This document shows positions 58,088 to 64,000 of a stretch of DNA of 64,000 nucleotides, in pieces. The notes under the pieces are model-generated. The model made no database searches. It worked only from the letters and a program-made list of their open reading frames with translations, and was not told where the DNA came from. Numbering within the stretch: position 1 is the first letter of the stretch; every line of letters starts with the position of its first letter. A program made the translations under genes and the position numbers. The stretch is from the human T2T-CHM13v2.0 reference genome, Homo sapiens. The stretch lies in the NCBI RefSeq assembly GCF_009914755.1, contig NC_060937.1; one strand, 5' to 3'.

Positions 58088-58457
58088 CTGTTTCCAAATT
58101 AAAAGGGAAGACTAATAAGAAAGACAGGTGATATGATGTATGTTTCTGATATGTTTTATACTTTCAAGATACATTTTTCTTTTTTTTCTTTTTCTTTTGC
58201 ATTTACAGCATTTGGAGTGAGACAATTTAGGAAGAGAATAAGAGTTAATATTCTTATTGATCATTTTTTGGAATTTAAAGTGAATCTCTTTAAGAATTCA
58301 GGAATTAAATCTGGCAGACCTTTTAGTGGGTGTCTATCAGCAGGATCTACCCCAAAACCAATCCCAAGGAGGTATATGAGATCCATCTAGATTTGAGAAA
58401 ATATCCCAAATGTGCTTGTACCTGGTATCAAGCAGGCAGCAATGAACGGGTTTCTCA

Positions 58458-58645
58458 GACAGACCTGGATTTTGCATTGGCTCTGCCATTTGCAGTTGTG
58501 AATCATAGGGACAGTTTCTTAACTTATCTGGCTCTCAGTTTTCTTACCTATAAAAGGTTTTCTTTCAGGACTGTTATTAGATATGGAGACAATACATATA
58601 AGATATCTCTCAGTACCCAGCAATGACTCAATGCATATTATTATT
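58458..58645 (+). mobile_element. MIR (STOML3 intron)
   Basis: agacctggattt...ggctctgccatttgcagttgtg...ctcagttttcttacctataaaa. Confidence 0.65.
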
Positions 58646-59737
58646 GGGTCCTTTTTGAGATATTATTTATCTCGCTCTGTTTAACTTCTGCTCTATGGCC
58701 AGCTTTAAAGAAGCAAGGCATATTTTTCAAGGCAGAAGCAGCCTAAAGTCAAAGATACTCTTGTCTTTCGTAAAAGCTTAAAACCATTGAAGATATCTTG
58801 CTGGTCATCCTGGAGAAGATGAGTGTCTTGAGAAATGGTAGGATCAAAAGGATAGCTCCCCTAAAGAGGTGGGGGCAGTGATCCCTCCCTTGCCTTTCTG
58901 TGATCCCTGCAGGATATGACACCTGAGATACTGAGACCTCACAAGAAGTCAGTGACCTGGCTGTGGATGGGATACCTTTGAGTTGTTAAATTCGTGGGGC
59001 ACATATAAACAATATGGAGAATTATCATGCAGAACTCCTACTGCCTTATAAAAGCTTGGGACCTTTCCTCTACTGTAGGGACTAGAGGAGAGGCCAAGAA
59101 GAACCAAAGCTGAATTTCTTTATATAATTGACTTACAGAAAGGAAGCTCAGAATCCAAATGTAATTCATCTAAGAAAATACAGAAGTATTCTTGTCCATA
59201 AACTCGTGTGTGTGAGAGATGAGATCGATAGCTGTTACCTCTTTATTGATATCATAATTATCATTACTATTAATGTTATTAGTGATATTGGTGGCATGGT
59301 GTAAGAATTTCTAGAGATGATAGGTCTATGCTGTCTCAATTGAATTTAACTTTCACACTTTATTTAAATATATAGGCTACCTGAGAAATGGCTGCACTTC
59401 TGGAATAATCTAACCTAAAAATAAATCTGATCTCTAACTTCTTCAAAAAAGACTATACTTGTAAGACGTTAATTCATAAGTTTGAATTCCAAAGAAAATG
59501 GATAAGGAGCACATTTTCAGCAACTGCTTTCTTGCACTCAGATATTTAAATATATTTCTTGCAGTAACAGGTAAGTGAAATCACAACTGAAGCTCACCTC
59601 TAGAGCAGTTGTCTGTGTGTGAGTGTGTGCAAGCATGCATGTGGTGGGGGATGCTTTGAACTGCTGACATTTAATAATCACTGATAATTAAAATTAACAA
59701 GTTAAAGATACAGGCTATTAGTTCATGGTGTCTTTAC

Positions 59738-59941
59738 CTGGATGCTATGGGCGATCTCTTCTCGTCCAGCTAAGATCTGGGACAAGGTCTGTGTCCCTAA
59801 GACATTTCTCAGAGTGGTTTGAGCCAGCAGAAATGTTGCTTGATGGACATCGTTGACATTAGCCACTGCTGAGACAGCACTATAGATTCTGTAATAGACA
59901 ACTCCATCTACCTGAGTAGTTACGGAGTCTCTGGTGAGGAT
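59738..59941 (-). CDS. STOML3: STOML3 coding exon (probably exon 5; 204 nt)
   Basis: ctccacag|ATC CTC ACC AGA...AGC ATC CAG|gtaaag = ILTRDSVTTQVDGVVYYRIYSAVSAVANVNDVHQATFLLAQTTLRNVLGTQTLSQILAGREEIAHSIQ (68 aa), the SPFH/band-7 core. Confidence 0.97.
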
Positions 59942-60583
59942 CTGTGGAGTAAGAACAGGGCAAAATCACTTATTTATGACTTTCACCACTACTGACAAAG
60001 TGACAGCCAGCCCAAGAGCCATCCTCCACAGAAGGAGAGCAGTAACGACAACTCATGCTACAGTCACCTAAAACCTGTCCTGGCTTGGATAGAATATCTT
60101 CCCAGCTGATACGCAATTCCTCTAAAGATGTCATCATACCTACCCCTGTGACTTCATCTTTAAGAAGCTTTTACATCCTATAGGCAGAAACCCTTGACTT
60201 GACATGCTAAGAACAGGCCCTTCCATTTTAAATGTTAACAGTACAGCCCTTGTGTCATTCTATTATCTTCAGTCTTCTAAGCAGAAGTAGAACACTTGTT
60301 TCCCTGATACCTGTACTCTTTTTTCTTTTCAGTTTTTATCAGACTTGAAGCAGTGATTCTTAGAAAACATAGATGGCACCAGAGACCATGTAAAGAAAAA
60401 TCGATTTCGCTCTATGGAGAGGCTCAGCATCAATCATTCTGAATAATGTGACAGGATGTTTTGGAGCAAATGAGAGATTTCTGGGTATACTATGGAAGCA
60501 GAACCTAGAACTGTCCATTACAGAGCTAGAAAAGTCCCTACTATAGGTCACTAAGCATCCCAACCTCTCCTGACTGCAGCTGA

Positions 60584-60886
<303 letters not shown>

Positions 60887-61193
60887 GGGGCTGAATTCAA
60901 AAGTAAGTATTCTGCAGTTCCTAAGTGACATGAAGACATCATGTTTGAGTCCTGGTTGAGTTTCCTGAACCAGACAGAAGAAAATTAACATATATTTATA
61001 AATGTTGATTTTCGTCTTCTTATCACCATTGCCCTCCCATATCGTAGGTCCTGAATTTCTCTTCCTCTAACCTGAACCACTTTGGTTATGAGAGGGTGAT
61101 ATGATAATTGGTAACTCTATTCCTCTTCCCTATTGCTGAGTTACTATTTTGGTTATTTACTTGTAGTACTTCAAGAATTAAAAGACTTATGTG

Positions 61194-61505
<312 letters not shown>

Positions 61506-62064
61506 AAGACTTACGCAAAATACAAACACAAGTGGGCCCTGTACAGCCTCTCCTCTGTCCTTATGCCTGCCCCCTCTATTGCATCCAAACACAGAAATAA
61601 TTTAAAGTCAGAAGCAAATGTGACTCATGTGGATATTACAAAAAATTCTGAGAAGGTGATAGAGAGGGTGGTATCAAAACCAGCCACTGCCTTCCATCTG
61701 CCCTCTGTCAGATTCAATTCAGCTCCTTCATACAGTGACTGTCTGTCTCTTCCAAGCCTCTGCTCTGTCATTCTCCATCCCAGCTTCCCTGCTAACTAGA
61801 TCTCTGCTGTCAGGCTTTCTCACACCAGGCCATTCTAAGTCTTCTAGCAATTCAGCCCTTGCTCTTGGCTTCATTCTCATTTGGCAAAACACATTCTTTG
61901 TAGTTTTGGGAGTCACCAAGGAAGGGCAATTCAAGCAGGTCTCTGGGGGTACTCAGCTCATCTTCCCTCCTATAGTTTAAAAGTGAACTATAAAATTGTA
62001 ATTGTCCTTATAATAGAGAAAATACAAGTTTAATTTCGAGTGACATATCCTTAATCAGTACTAC

Positions 62065-62147
62065 CTCTTGTGGAGGAATGTTGCAAGTAACTGTTCGGAG
62101 GTCAACTTTGACAAACACATCTATGCATGGCAGGACCAGGATCAAAC
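62065..62147 (-). CDS. STOML3: STOML3 coding exon (probably exon 4; 83 nt)
   Basis: Minus strand reads ctctcatag|GT TTG ATC CTG...CCA CAA GAG|gtagta = (G)LILVLPCIDVFVKVDLRTVTCNIPPQE, the start of the stomatin SPFH domain. Phase fits the next exon. Not in the ORF track. Confidence 0.96.
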
Positions 62148-62528
62148 CTATGAGAGAAAAAATCAGTTTAAAATGTTGCTCTGTTGAAAATAACTACAAG
62201 TAGTCTCATAGCAGCATAGTGCATCATTTACATGGGGCGATACATGTTTCTCAGATGATCCTCAATATGCACACATGAAACTCTGAGGAAAATGATTTCA
62301 TCCTCTAGGTCAGTGACTAAAGAAAAGTAATTGCCTGCGAAGTGAAGTCTTTTGGTAAGAAGCTAAAGATCCCTGACATTTAATTTTTGGTTTTTATTTT
62401 TAAAACAATCTACTTCTATCCAAGTGTTTAATTGGACATTAACTAAAAATAATATTCTGACCAATTGTGAAAAGCATCTTTGGGACAAGTGGAAAATTTG
62501 AACACAGAATGCATATTAAAAGATGTTA

Positions 62529-63238
<710 letters not shown>

Positions 63239-64000
63239 TGGTGTTAATAAAGTTCTTATCAGCTAGATATACAGACTAAAGTGTTTAGAGGAAAAATGAC
63301 ATGATCTGGTATTCTGTATTTGCTCTAAAATACTGCACCAAAAAAATAAAATATTTTGGAAAGTAGTTTTCTTATAATAAAGATACTTATGTAACAGATT
63401 CAAGTAATAGATTTGGCTTTGAATATCAGTGACTGCCAACATTCTCAGTCAATTTAAATAGTAATGAAGGATTATTGAATTAAAATCTTCCCAGGGTCTC
63501 ACATTCCTCTAAATCAATGTATTCCAGAGTTAATAGTTTATCCACAGCCATGATCTAATTCATGTACAATAGCATTCTCCTGCTGTAAACACATCTACTT
63601 CTTTCTGATTTGTGAGGCATTAAGTTGGAGCTGGGTCAGGGAAGGATGGGCATAAGAAAGTTCATTTAAGGACCCTGGGAACTCTTAACATTAACCTGGT
63701 GAATGTTGTTCTTTACTGTGAGAGCTACAAAGATTAGAACCACAAGGAATGTCAGCAAGATGGGGACACTAATATATTTCCATTAATCAAAAAGGCTTTG
63801 CATTATTGTTTTTGTTTTCACAGCAGAAACCAGTTCTGGGGCCAAACACCATGTAAAGGGGTGGCAGTATCACCACCCCTTTACACAGTGTTTGGTGAAG
63901 TGCTTTCTTTCTTTTGGCCTCTAAACCTTACTTCCATTTTTGGTGCCAGGTCACTGTGGTTAAGATCATGGACCTGAGAACTAGACAGAGTTAAGTCCCA

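Noticed and set aside
57896-58115. Plus-strand ORFs over a STOML3 exon
   Set aside because: Antisense shadows of the real minus-strand exon.

Overview
Primate (human-like) genomic DNA, mostly interspersed repeats. The right end holds the last four coding exons of STOML3 (stomatin-like 3) on the minus strand. All four have canonical AG/GT sites and splice into a continuous frame (residues 77-291 by my recollection of the human protein), followed by a ~0.9 kb 3' UTR; the upstream exons lie beyond the window. The left half holds a decayed, intron-containing ANKRD26-family pseudogene on the minus strand (probably ANKRD26P2, from recalled 13q13.3 synteny). Six exon remnants are recognisable, with stops, frameshifts, a dead splice donor, an exonic Alu and apparently missing exons. 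A ~3.3 kb AT-rich minisatellite with a hairpin-forming ~36-bp unit lies at 43.1-46.4 kb. The rest is Alu, L1, L2/MIR, MaLR/ERV LTRs and Tigger elements. I found no convincing new biological system. The best second-look items are the minisatellite, the pseudogene rearrangements, several small duplications and STOML3 3'-end processing. Repeat subfamily names and ANKRD26 comparisons come from memory, not from a database search.
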